A stretch of DNA of 64,000 nucleotides from Arcobacteraceae bacterium (GTDB lineage: Bacteria > Campylobacterota > Campylobacteria > Campylobacterales > Arcobacteraceae), in NCBI GenBank assembly GCA_963678335.1, contig OY782822.1:1868838-1932837 (forward strand), given 5' to 3'. This document shows positions 29,295-38,267 of the stretch, in pieces. Numbering within the stretch: position 1 is the stretch's first letter; the number at the start of each line of letters is the position of its first letter. A program made the translations under genes and the position numbers. The notes under the pieces are model-generated. The model searched no databases. It saw only the letters and a program-made list of their open reading frames with translations, and was not told where the DNA came from.

Positions 29295-29960
29295 TTAATC
29301 CAGTTTTTTCTGCGAGTGCCTGTTGCAGTGCTCTTTTATATAACATACCACTTCATCGACATCATCGGTTATGATATAAGACTTTAGATCTTTCTTGCTT
29401 ATATATTCATGTTCAAGCATAACCTTGAAGAACTCTTCCAGGGGCTCAAAAAACTTTTTACCGAACAATACTATAGGGAATGCTTTCATCCTTTTTGTCT
29501 GTACCAGGCACAGCGCTTCAGAAAGCTCATCAAGGGTCCCAAAACCTCCCGGCATAACTACGAATGCTACGGAATATTTGACGAAGGTCACTTTTCTGGT
29601 GAAAAAATACCTGAACTGCAGGGATGTTTTCACAAACCTGTTCACTTTCTGCTCTTCGGGAAGCTTTATATTAAGTCCCACTGAGATTTTAGCCCCCTTG
29701 TTCCCGGCTTCCATGATACCGCCGCCGCCTCCTGTGACGATCGCGTAGCCCTCTTTTGAAAGTGCTTTTGATATCTCTACGGCAGACTTGTAATATTTGT
29801 CGTGCTTTGAGGTTCTGGCGCTTCCGAATATTGAAACGGCAGGGGGAAGGGATGCAAATTCATCATTTGCATCGGTAAAGTCGCTGATTATCCTAAACAT
29901 CCTCCACATATCTTTTTGTTTGTCTTTTGCTTCCAGGAAGTTTTTATCCAAGTCTATCAT
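29295..29960 (-). CDS. LOG family protein (TIGR00730, nucleotide phosphoribohydrolase)
   Basis: 221 aa with VTGGGGGIMEAGNKGA and PGGFGTLDELSEAL motifs. Confidence 0.88.
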   Translation of the reverse strand: MIDLDKNFLEAKDKQKDMWRMFRIISDFTDANDEFASLPPAVSIFGSARTSKHDKYYKSAVEISKALSKEGYAIVTGGGGGIMEAGNKGAKISVGLNIKLPEEQKVNRFVKTSLQFRYFFTRKVTFVKYSVAFVVMPGGFGTLDELSEALCLVQTKRMKAFPIVLFGKKFFEPLEEFFKVMLEHEYISKKDLKSYIITDDVDEVVCYIKEHCNRHSQKKLD

Positions 29961-30667
29961 TTTTTTTCCTTAAAATAGTTTCTTTTTATTATAGTTAAAT
30001 ATAAAGCGGTAGAGATACCCGTACTTGAAAGTATCATCCCCATTACCATGATCTGGTATTTTACCGCTATAAGGGGACTGACACCTGAGAGTATCTGTCC
30101 CGTCATCATACCGGGGATCGATACAAGCCCCACTGCAAAAAGCATATTGATATTGGGTATAAGGGAAGCTTTATATGCAGTCTCCCTTGACTTTTCATAA
30201 TCATTTTCCCTCTCGTACTCGACGCCGAATCTCTCCGCGGCTATTGAAACGCTGTTCATGGAGTTGGCAAATATCATCCCGGCCAGGGGAATGATGAATC
30301 TTGGTTCATACCAAAGGGGAAGATCCAGAACTCCCAGTATTATAAAGCCTAAACTTATGCTGCCCCCTATGAAAATAGAGATAAAGCTTATTATATAATT
30401 GCTTTTGTCCTTTTTTGCCACCGGGCGCATAGAGATGATACTTGCCACAACCAGCATAACGCTTAATATGGATATGATTATATAGAACTCTTTTGTTTCA
30501 AAAATATAGGTTAATATATATCCTATTAAAACAAGCTGTAAAAGCATTCTTGAAAGGGCATAGGGGACTGTTATTTTATCTTTGGTCCATTTTGAATAGA
30601 TATAGTAAACGATACTTATAGGTAAAAATATCCATACTAGGTCTAAAAAAGATATATCATGTATCAT
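29957..30667 (-). CDS. fetB: FetB/YbbM-family (UPF0014) ABC-type iron-export permease
   Basis: 236 aa, polytopic. IPLAGMIFANSMN, VGLVSIPGMMTGQ and KYQIMV closely parallel E. coli FetB. No FetA ATPase gene is adjacent. Confidence 0.8.
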   Translation of the reverse strand: MIHDISFLDLVWIFLPISIVYYIYSKWTKDKITVPYALSRMLLQLVLIGYILTYIFETKEFYIIISILSVMLVVASIISMRPVAKKDKSNYIISFISIFIGGSISLGFIILGVLDLPLWYEPRFIIPLAGMIFANSMNSVSIAAERFGVEYERENDYEKSRETAYKASLIPNINMLFAVGLVSIPGMMTGQILSGVSPLIAVKYQIMVMGMILSSTGISTALYLTIIKRNYFKEKK

Positions 30668-31644
30668 TTTGTTTCCAGAAATTTATCTTTAAAAATAGAT
30701 TTTAAAGTATCATTCAGGCCGTTGGAATTGAACATTATAAGTTCCCTGTAAACCCTTTGGAGTGTTTTGCTTGAAAGTATGGAACTGCCCCCTTGTAATA
30801 TCATGGCAGTGGTTACGATATCCTGCACCAGTATAAAAAGCTCGACCCTTAAGGTGTCAAGTTCATCGGTGTCGGAACTTTCCATAAAAGCATTCTTGAT
30901 CTTTTCAAGTTTTAAAGCGGCATTGTCTTTAAACTCTTCATCGCCGCTGTTTAGAAGCGCACAGGTCCCAAGTCCGTAAAGGCAGAAGTGGACGGTCTTT
31001 GAGGCTGATTTTACTTTTGTATAGTTTCCCATAGGCTGGCTTGATACTATATCTTCCTCTTTTACGAAGAACTCTTTTAGTTCTATATTTACCGTATTAA
31101 GCCCGTAACCTACGAAAGTTTCATCGGCATTTCCTATATGGAAGTTGTCTTGGGCTTTAAAATCAGCCATTGCCTCATATTCGTTTCCCTCACAGTGGAA
31201 ACCTATAAGAAGTGTATCGAATATCTTATATCCGCTGGCCCAGGTTAGAATACCAGTGAGTTTATATCCCCCCTGGCACTTTTCCCCTTTTACTACCGTA
31301 AAAGGTGCCCTTAGGTGGTTTATGGCTATTCCGCATTTTTTATTGAAGTAATGCTCTTTTTTGCTATAGTTGTTTTTTGCCATGATATTATTAGCTGCAA
31401 GTATTTGTATAACTAGGAAGCTAAGTGTCCCTGAGACTTGTGAAAGGCGGGTGAAGAGCTCCAGTTTGTAAAGGTCATGGTACTCTTTGTTTACCTCATA
31501 AAGTTTTAGGATGCCGCTTTCATATACCTCGTCAAAAAGTATTTTCAGTTCTTTGTGATCATTGTCTGCATTGTTTAAGTTATATTTTAATAGTTTATTT
31601 GTCAGATGTTCCAGTTTTTCTTTATATTCTTTTAAATTATCCAT
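30664..31644 (-). CDS. Acyl-CoA dehydrogenase-fold protein
   Basis: 326 aa. The middle section GGYKLTGILTWASGY and the C-terminal QGGSSILSSKTLQRVYRE resemble the ACAD beta-barrel and helical domains. Confidence 0.4.
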   Translation of the reverse strand: MDNLKEYKEKLEHLTNKLLKYNLNNADNDHKELKILFDEVYESGILKLYEVNKEYHDLYKLELFTRLSQVSGTLSFLVIQILAANNIMAKNNYSKKEHYFNKKCGIAINHLRAPFTVVKGEKCQGGYKLTGILTWASGYKIFDTLLIGFHCEGNEYEAMADFKAQDNFHIGNADETFVGYGLNTVNIELKEFFVKEEDIVSSQPMGNYTKVKSASKTVHFCLYGLGTCALLNSGDEEFKDNAALKLEKIKNAFMESSDTDELDTLRVELFILVQDIVTTAMILQGGSSILSSKTLQRVYRELIMFNSNGLNDTLKSIFKDKFLETK

Positions 31645-32004
31645 TAAAGTAAGTTTATCTAAAAAGGCTTGAAAAAGTGCAACTATTCAAGTTCAAGCTG
31701 CATCAGGAACATATCCTACCTCGTACGCAGATCTATAAATCCTATGGTTAAGGCATTTAATTTTTGATAGTTTATCAAAACATAGCTTTTTGGGTAGTTT
31801 TATATAACTTTTTCAGAAAAATTATACCACTTATAACTATTTTGCTTTAAATAGATTTATCACCTGGGAGAGAAATATTTTATCTCTTATTACAAATAAA
31901 TACCAATATATAAGGGCTTTTAAATGATTAAAACCTTTTCTGATTAGTAAATATTTGTTTTGTTTGGTCTCAATGTGGTCACATTGAATAATCTTTCCAT
32001 TATT

Positions 32005-34530
32005 TTAATCATTGAAATATTTTTCAAGTTCTTCTGACTCTTCCAATGAAGAATAATTTTGCTTCAATGCACTAATTTTAACACTCTCAAGATCTTCTAA
32101 ATATTTCTTATTTACTTCCTCCATGACATCATAGTCAGTATGAAAATTAAAAAGTTCTTTTTCATTTTTTTCTTGTTGATATAAATACTGAATAAAAGAG
32201 TTTGTTTTTTCTACCCTATAAATCATTCGCTGACCCCTTTTCCCTGTAGAGAAAAGTTTATATTCATTATTTGCAGAGTTTGCAATAAAATTTGCAGTTT
32301 GTTCATCGTATAAACTGCAATCTGTACAAATCAAATCTAAATAAGTAAAAAAGTGTATCAACTTTTCAATAAAATATTTTCCAAATGGAGTGATAATGAT
32401 TTCTTCAACCTCTTTTTCATAAGTATCGAGCTTGATATCAGCTTCAATAAGTTTATACTTCATTAATTCTTCAATGTTATTATTAAAGTCCTCTTCCATA
32501 TTGAATATAGATATAAAATCTGTTTTTAAAATTGATAACTTATGATAATTTGTACTATTTCTATTTAAATATTTTAAAATTCTTATTGATGTAAAATGCG
32601 AACCATTTTCTAGATAGCGTAATTTAAATATATTGGGAACAGCACTACTATCTTCTTCATAAAAATACTTTTTAGGTGTCATTAATGGTTTTAAAACTTG
32701 ATGAATTTGTAGAGTAAAAATATTTCTACTTGAAATCATTTCATATACATTTAAATAACCTGAAACAACTAGTTCTCTAAACAAGTCTAATGCTTTTCTC
32801 ATGTCTTTTTGAGCACATGAAATTAAAAATGTGTACAAATTAGATTTTTTATCAAAATCTTTTTTAAAAACTAATAAGTATTTTTTGATATTTTCTTTAG
32901 TGACTAATTCTTTGTTTTTGGGAATAATTTCTCTTGATTGAATTAATTTATCAAAGAATTTTTCATTCTCTAAAGAGTCAATTATATACTGAAGTCTTTG
33001 CTTAAAAACTTTATCTGCTTGTGGAGATGAAATATGATATTGCATTGTAGCATAAGCATCTAAAACTCCTAAATTTTTTGAACGAAAAAATCTCTCTTCT
33101 CTAATAGTTATAAATGATAGTGTATTAATACTATCAAAAATTTCAGCAACTACTTGGAAACTAAAGTCTTGAATTTCTTGAGAAAACTGGTCGGTATTGT
33201 CAACAACTAAAACCACCTCTTGATTTTTCATCTCTCTCAAGTAATTAATAAGCTTTTGTGATAATTTTAGGTAATCACTTAGCATTTCTTTTATCTTATC
33301 CTCTAGTTTCATACCATAAATTTCACTTCCTTCTTTATAAAGAGAAGCAATCTGTTTCTTATAAACTTCAAATTCTTCAGGAAAAAGTATATTTTGTATA
33401 GCTTGATAATCATTACGTAAATTATCCACATCAATTTGATCTAATACATGTTGCCAAATATAATTTTTTAATTCTGACTGAAAGTTCTCACTTGGAGCAA
33501 ATTTTAATAGGTCTATATAAATAGTGTATAGTTTTTCACGTACATTTAAAGGAATATCTGCATTAATTAATTTTCTAATAAATGTTGATTTTCCACATCC
33601 TCGATCACCATATATCACGACAATATGTTTATTATCACTATACTCCAAAAAGTTAGTAATTTTTTTTGTTAATTTTTTAGATAACTTATCTCTTGTAGTT
33701 CCAATTACACCATGATTTTCTAAATATGGTGTAACATTATCTACAATCATTGAACTTAATGTATTCTTTGTATTTTCATACTTTCCCTCATCAACATAAC
33801 AATGACTTAAAAAATCAATATCATCATTATCAAAATCACTAAAATAATATTGTATTGCACCAGATATATATTGTGCATAAACATTTAAATCAACGGGAGC
33901 AGCAAATGAATTAATTTTGCTTTTTATAAAATACGTTATTCGTGAAGTGTTTTGATTCTTATGTAATATATTTTGCAAGCTTTTGTGATTAATAACTTGA
34001 TTATAATTTAATAAGTTATATGCTTCAGTAAAGTCTTCTGAAAAATACTTTAGATTATTTATTACTAGTGCATGTTTTTCTTCCCAGTTTTGACTAAATG
34101 CTATAAAAAAAATCCACACATGACCATTCGTTATGGCACCATAAGAAGTTCCTGTTTCTAAACAATATCCTCTTACTTGTTCTAAAGCACTTTTAATAGA
34201 AGTATTTGTTAAAAGAGTTTTTACTTTTATAAAAGACTTATGTGAATTAGTATGATTTGGTGTGTCAAAGTAGATTCCTTCTTTTTTAGCCTCGATAATT
34301 AATACTTTTTCTTCTAAAATATTCTTTATTGTATAATCAGTATAGCCTTTTTTATTAGATTCCTCAGCAATTACAGCATTTTTTGGATAAGATAAAATGT
34401 CATAAAGTACGGTATCTATAATTCTACTTCTTGTAGTCGCTTCATTTAAATTTGAAGTATCCATATCTAATGAATTAATCAAGTTTATAGCATTTTCATG
34501 TTGTTCCATAGTAATCACAATCCTTTTCAA
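32005..34530 (-). CDS. Orphan fusion protein: N-terminal HsdR_N/Mrr-like PD-(D/E)xK nuclease domain, P-loop NTPase (STAND/NACHT- or ORC-like), then a helical C-terminal region. Candidate defence protein.
   Basis: 841 aa.
- Nuclease-like region: NEATTRSRIIDTVLYDIL ... GYTDYTI ... VLIIEAKKEG ... SYGAITNGHVWIFF (D65, E80, K82).
- Walker A: VVIYGDRGCGKSTFIRKLI (aa 304-322).
- Walker B-like: EVVLVVDNTDQF (aa 438-449).

The gene is monocistronic, with 360-nt and 262-nt AT-rich flanks, and looks more AT-rich by eye than its neighbours. Confidence 0.6.
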   Translation of the reverse strand: MKRIVITMEQHENAINLINSLDMDTSNLNEATTRSRIIDTVLYDILSYPKNAVIAEESNKKGYTDYTIKNILEEKVLIIEAKKEGIYFDTPNHTNSHKSFIKVKTLLTNTSIKSALEQVRGYCLETGTSYGAITNGHVWIFFIAFSQNWEEKHALVINNLKYFSEDFTEAYNLLNYNQVINHKSLQNILHKNQNTSRITYFIKSKINSFAAPVDLNVYAQYISGAIQYYFSDFDNDDIDFLSHCYVDEGKYENTKNTLSSMIVDNVTPYLENHGVIGTTRDKLSKKLTKKITNFLEYSDNKHIVVIYGDRGCGKSTFIRKLINADIPLNVREKLYTIYIDLLKFAPSENFQSELKNYIWQHVLDQIDVDNLRNDYQAIQNILFPEEFEVYKKQIASLYKEGSEIYGMKLEDKIKEMLSDYLKLSQKLINYLREMKNQEVVLVVDNTDQFSQEIQDFSFQVVAEIFDSINTLSFITIREERFFRSKNLGVLDAYATMQYHISSPQADKVFKQRLQYIIDSLENEKFFDKLIQSREIIPKNKELVTKENIKKYLLVFKKDFDKKSNLYTFLISCAQKDMRKALDLFRELVVSGYLNVYEMISSRNIFTLQIHQVLKPLMTPKKYFYEEDSSAVPNIFKLRYLENGSHFTSIRILKYLNRNSTNYHKLSILKTDFISIFNMEEDFNNNIEELMKYKLIEADIKLDTYEKEVEEIIITPFGKYFIEKLIHFFTYLDLICTDCSLYDEQTANFIANSANNEYKLFSTGKRGQRMIYRVEKTNSFIQYLYQQEKNEKELFNFHTDYDVMEEVNKKYLEDLESVKISALKQNYSSLEESEELEKYFND

Positions 34531-34768
34531 TAAAAATTTATTATATAATGCTTTTAATTAAACTATTGTTTTAATTCATATTAAAATAATTACTCTAGAG
34601 AATAGACATAATTATAACTAAAAGAAATATCACTACCACTAATGACCAAATTATGATTGATCTGTCACTATAATATAATAAAGACTTTTTCCTCTTTTAA
34701 TAAAAATACAACCTAAATAATAATTTATACAACCTTTTAATAATTTTTATATATTTTGAAATTTAAAG

Positions 34769-34790
34769 AACCCCTTTGTTAAGGGTTTTT
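34769..34790 (-). terminator. Weak hairpin terminator after hypA
   Basis: The minus strand reads AAAAACCC-ttaacaaag-GGGTT-cttt, immediately after the hypA stop. The stem is short (5 bp). Confidence 0.3.
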
Positions 34791-34792
34791 AT

Positions 34793-35134
34793 TCACTCTA
34801 ATTCAAGGGACATTAAGAACATTTCTTCCCCGTCTATGATATTTATATTACTGCTTTGGCATTTGGGGCATAGGTATTCATTTTTTTCAAGCTCGTTTTC
34901 GCTATTGCAATCATTGCAGGATATCCTGACCTTTTGTATATTCATAATAAACTGGGCATCTTCACAGATGGTGGCTTCCTTGAAAGTGTCAAATGCGGTT
35001 TGCAGAAGATCAGGTTCCACGCCGCTCATTACCCCTATTTTTACAACAACTTTCGTGATCTTTGAGGCATCGTTTGCTTTTGCGTGCTCTTCACAAGAGT
35101 CTATAAGTGACTGTACGATCGAATATTCATGCAT
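34793..35134 (-). CDS. hypA: Hydrogenase nickel-insertion protein HypA
   Basis: 113 aa with the N-terminus MHEYSIVQSLI and Zn-site CNDC...CPKC. Confidence 0.93.
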   Translation of the reverse strand: MHEYSIVQSLIDSCEEHAKANDASKITKVVVKIGVMSGVEPDLLQTAFDTFKEATICEDAQFIMNIQKVRISCNDCNSENELEKNEYLCPKCQSSNINIIDGEEMFLMSLELE

Positions 35135-35280
35135 AAATTTATTTCCTTTTTTTAGTGTTATTTAGAATATATATAAATTTGTTATAACGAAAACATCTGC
35201 AACCTAAGGGTCAAAGCGTAAGCTTTGGGGTACCCAAGAGTGAAGCCGTTTGAGTAAGATAAATTTATATATTAGAATTT

Positions 35281-36270
35281 TTAACAAATCCTGGGCAGAA
35301 GTTCCCCCGTAGGTGATTCTAAAAACCTTGAAGTCCCCCAGGCAGAGTTCAGTATAACCTTTTTGGGATGTTTTTGCGTGACCTCGCCTATGATAGAAGC
35401 ATTTTCATTGTATCTTTTCAATATTTCCAATGCTTTTGCCTCATCCTCTTTTTCTATTGCCAAAACAAATGTCCCCTCGTTTGCCAGGCTCATAGCCTCA
35501 AAGCCCAAAAGTTCGCAAAGTCCGTTTACTTCGTCACATATTGGTATCTTCTCTTCCTGTACTTCTATACAGATATCCGACTGGGCGGCCCATTCGTTAA
35601 GAACTGCACTTACCCCTCCCCTTGTGGCATCCCTCAGGGCCGTTATATTTATACCGTTGTCTATAAGATCTTTTACTATGGGATAAAGGGATCGGCAGTC
35701 GCTTTTTAGGCTTGAGTGCATATCCATCCCTTCCCTGCTTGCAAATATAGTCGCCCCGTGTGCTCCTATATCTCGGCTTACAAGGATAGAGTCTTTTTGT
35801 GTGATATTGTTTGAACTGATACCTTTTTTTTGTATCTCCCCTATCCCCGTCGTATTTATAAATATCTTGTCGACGCTTCCTTTTGGTACTACTTTTGTAT
35901 CTCCGCTTACTACTATTGCACCGTTTATTTCAAGCTCTTTTTTCATGGATTCCACGATGGTTTCAAGCTCACTTATATCAAAGCCCTCTTCTATTATCAC
36001 CGAACAGGTAAGATACTTAGGCTTGGCTCCCATCATCGCTAGATCGTTGCACGTTCCGCAAACGGCGAGCTTCCCTATATCCGCGCCTGCAAAGAACAAG
36101 GGGCTTACGGTAAAGCTGTCTGTGGAAAATGCCAGCTCTCCGTTTTGGATCACCGCCGCATCTTCACTTTTGCTTAATATATCGTTTTTAAATGCCTTGT
36201 AAAACACCTTTGATATAAGTTCGTTGTTCTCCTGCCCGCCGTTGCCGTGGGCTAGTTTTATTTTATCCAT
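35281..36270 (-). CDS. hypE: Hydrogenase maturation carbamoyl dehydratase HypE
   Basis: 329 aa, AIR-synthase-like fold. It has LAHGNGG at the N-terminus and the characteristic C-terminal PRIC. Confidence 0.93.
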   Translation of the reverse strand: MDKIKLAHGNGGQENNELISKVFYKAFKNDILSKSEDAAVIQNGELAFSTDSFTVSPLFFAGADIGKLAVCGTCNDLAMMGAKPKYLTCSVIIEEGFDISELETIVESMKKELEINGAIVVSGDTKVVPKGSVDKIFINTTGIGEIQKKGISSNNITQKDSILVSRDIGAHGATIFASREGMDMHSSLKSDCRSLYPIVKDLIDNGINITALRDATRGGVSAVLNEWAAQSDICIEVQEEKIPICDEVNGLCELLGFEAMSLANEGTFVLAIEKEDEAKALEILKRYNENASIIGEVTQKHPKKVILNSAWGTSRFLESPTGELLPRIC

Positions 36271-36281
36271 TGTTTTCCTCT

Positions 36282-37442
36282 TTAATATTTGTCTCTTTTA
36301 AGTTCTAAACTTCCATTAAAAATTTCAGGTACATTTATTTTTGCTTTTATAGAACTAAGAAATGTTTTTTTATCGGTTTCTTTATTTTTGATTTTTATTG
36401 ATTTTAAACTTTCCAGCAGTATAGTATTGCTTTGTGTTATTATATTTGTATCTACACCCGCATCAACTAATACTCTTTTAGATTCATTGATTATATTATC
36501 ATTTAATTCTAACTGTTTATTCTGCTCTTTTAATGTTATCTCTTTATAGATCATCTGAGATTCTAGATTTTTACATTGTGCATACAATTTACTTAATTCT
36601 GTCTGCATTTGTAAAGTTTGTTCTAAACTGACACTTTCAACCATTACAGGTGCACAAAGATAAGCTTTAAGAGCATCAGCTATTTTTTCCAGTGCTTCAT
36701 CTTTATTTTTTGGTTCAACAGAGAGTATAGTATCTTCACCTACTCTTTGAACATTTACATCACTTTCAATACAAAGATCATTTAAAAACTCTTCAAAATA
36801 TTGTAAATATGGTTTTAAGATAGATTGATATTGTTCTGATAAGTTAAATATTGCTTTAAAATTATGTGAAGAAAATTGTTGTTCACATTTGTCAAATTGT
36901 GATAAAACTTGTCTTATTATTTTACTTGATATATTTTGTAAACTAATATTTTTATTTTCAACATTAAATTTATAAATAAATCCAATAGACTTATATGTAT
37001 CTTCTATTGTATTATATAGTTCTATAATTTCATTTGATTTCATTAAATTTAAAAACTCATCAATAAATTTAATAGGATTTTTTTCACCCTTGTATTCTAA
37101 TAAATTAAATGATACCCAAAATTCAAATAATAAACTAGTATTTTCTCTAGTCATTTTTGCTAGTGTAATATTAGATGTTAGATCAGCTTCTCTATCATCT
37201 ATATCTCCACCATGATTGCTAACAAATGAAAAAATAATATCTTCTGGAATATCACTGAATCTTAAATTACCTATGTCAGATAAATTGCAATGTGTACGTA
37301 TTAAATCATTTTCATAATACGAAGTAAATCCATATTCTAATTCATACTCTTTACTTAATATTTTATCATCTAAGTACATTAAGAAATGTTCATCATCAAC
37401 ATAATGAAGTTTAAATCTGTTATTTAATATTTTTTCTTTCAT
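36282..37442 (-). CDS. Hypothetical protein (386 aa), unknown N-terminal domain and coiled-coil C-terminus
   Basis: A long ORF in an AT-rich insert, 22 nt after the PIN gene and 11 nt before hypE. No motif recognised. The C-terminal third is heptad-like (LEQTLQMQTELSKLYAQCKNLESQMIYKEITLKEQNKQLELN). Confidence 0.55.
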   Translation of the reverse strand: MKEKILNNRFKLHYVDDEHFLMYLDDKILSKEYELEYGFTSYYENDLIRTHCNLSDIGNLRFSDIPEDIIFSFVSNHGGDIDDREADLTSNITLAKMTRENTSLLFEFWVSFNLLEYKGEKNPIKFIDEFLNLMKSNEIIELYNTIEDTYKSIGFIYKFNVENKNISLQNISSKIIRQVLSQFDKCEQQFSSHNFKAIFNLSEQYQSILKPYLQYFEEFLNDLCIESDVNVQRVGEDTILSVEPKNKDEALEKIADALKAYLCAPVMVESVSLEQTLQMQTELSKLYAQCKNLESQMIYKEITLKEQNKQLELNDNIINESKRVLVDAGVDTNIITQSNTILLESLKSIKIKNKETDKKTFLSSIKAKINVPEIFNGSLELKRDKY

Positions 37443-37464
37443 ATTTTATTCTTTCTTAAACTAA

Positions 37465-37896
37465 TTAATTTTTTAGAAATTTTTCTAAAGCTTTTTTTGT
37501 TGTAACCAGTTCTATCTTATCACTTACAAAGTTTTTATCATTTGAGATAATTAGATCACATTCTTCTTTTTTTGCTAAAATATATTGCATAGTATCTTCA
37601 AGGTCTTTGAATTTTTGGTTTTCTTTCATTAAACTGCAGGTTTGCAAAACTTCCTGGTTGCTAAATTCAATTATTCTGCAAAATTGATTTATTCGTTCGA
37701 TGGCATCTAAAGCTTTTTGTTTATCTTTTTTTGAAAGGATATAATAAATAGTAGTTATAAGATCACAGCTTGTATACAATTTAATATCATGTTCAATCAA
37801 ATAAGAAAGAACTTTCAAGCTGTTTTGTTCCAAATCCCTTGTATTGTCTTCATTGTCCAAAAATATATTTGCATCTAAAAAAACTTTTTTATACAT
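37465..37896 (-). CDS. PIN-domain toxin (VapC-like ribonuclease)
   Basis: 143 aa. Acidic PIN residues sit in VFLDANIF, DLEDTMQY and IISNDKNF. It overlaps the upstream antitoxin gene by 8 nt. Confidence 0.8.
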   Translation of the reverse strand: MYKKVFLDANIFLDNEDNTRDLEQNSLKVLSYLIEHDIKLYTSCDLITTIYYILSKKDKQKALDAIERINQFCRIIEFSNQEVLQTCSLMKENQKFKDLEDTMQYILAKKEECDLIISNDKNFVSDKIELVTTKKALEKFLKN

Positions 37897-38134
37897 CCAT
37901 ATTTGCCTTTATCGATTGTACTGTCATACCCGGTTCAATCATACCTTTCATCCCGTCAAAAAAGCTATGCAAAGCTTTTAGCTTCTCTTCTTTGCTGACT
38001 TCATTGTATTTTTTCTCTACGAGTTCCTCTACAACTTTTGTCATGGATTTACCCTCTTTTTTTGCTATTGCTTCAAGGTGCTGCGCAACCTCTTTTTTTA
38101 ATACGAAGTTTTTTCTTACGTCATTTGCACTCAT
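37889..38134 (-). CDS. Ribbon-helix-helix (CopG-like) antitoxin
   Basis: 81 aa. The N-terminal KNFVLKKEVAQHLEAIAKKEGKSMTKVVEELVEK fits a beta-strand-helix-helix pattern. Its position is upstream of, and overlapping, the PIN gene. Confidence 0.65.
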   Translation of the reverse strand: MSANDVRKNFVLKKEVAQHLEAIAKKEGKSMTKVVEELVEKKYNEVSKEEKLKALHSFFDGMKGMIEPGMTVQSIKANMDV

Positions 38135-38154
38135 ATTTATCTCCTAAAAAGTCT

Positions 38155-38201
38155 TACATAAAATTCTATACATAATTATATTACATAAAAATACTTATGT
38201 C
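38155..38201. promoter_or_regulatory. Three direct TACATAA repeats plus one inverted copy upstream of the RHH/PIN pair. Candidate antitoxin operator.
   Basis: TACATAA occurs at 38155, 38169 and 38182 (13-14 nt spacing). An inverted TTATGT lies at 38195..38200, 20-65 nt upstream of the RHH start. Confidence 0.5.
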
Positions 38202-38267
38202 AATTTTTATTTATCTTCCCTGCTGAATTTTTGAATAATTCTTTTTATATTTTCTATGTCCATTATT

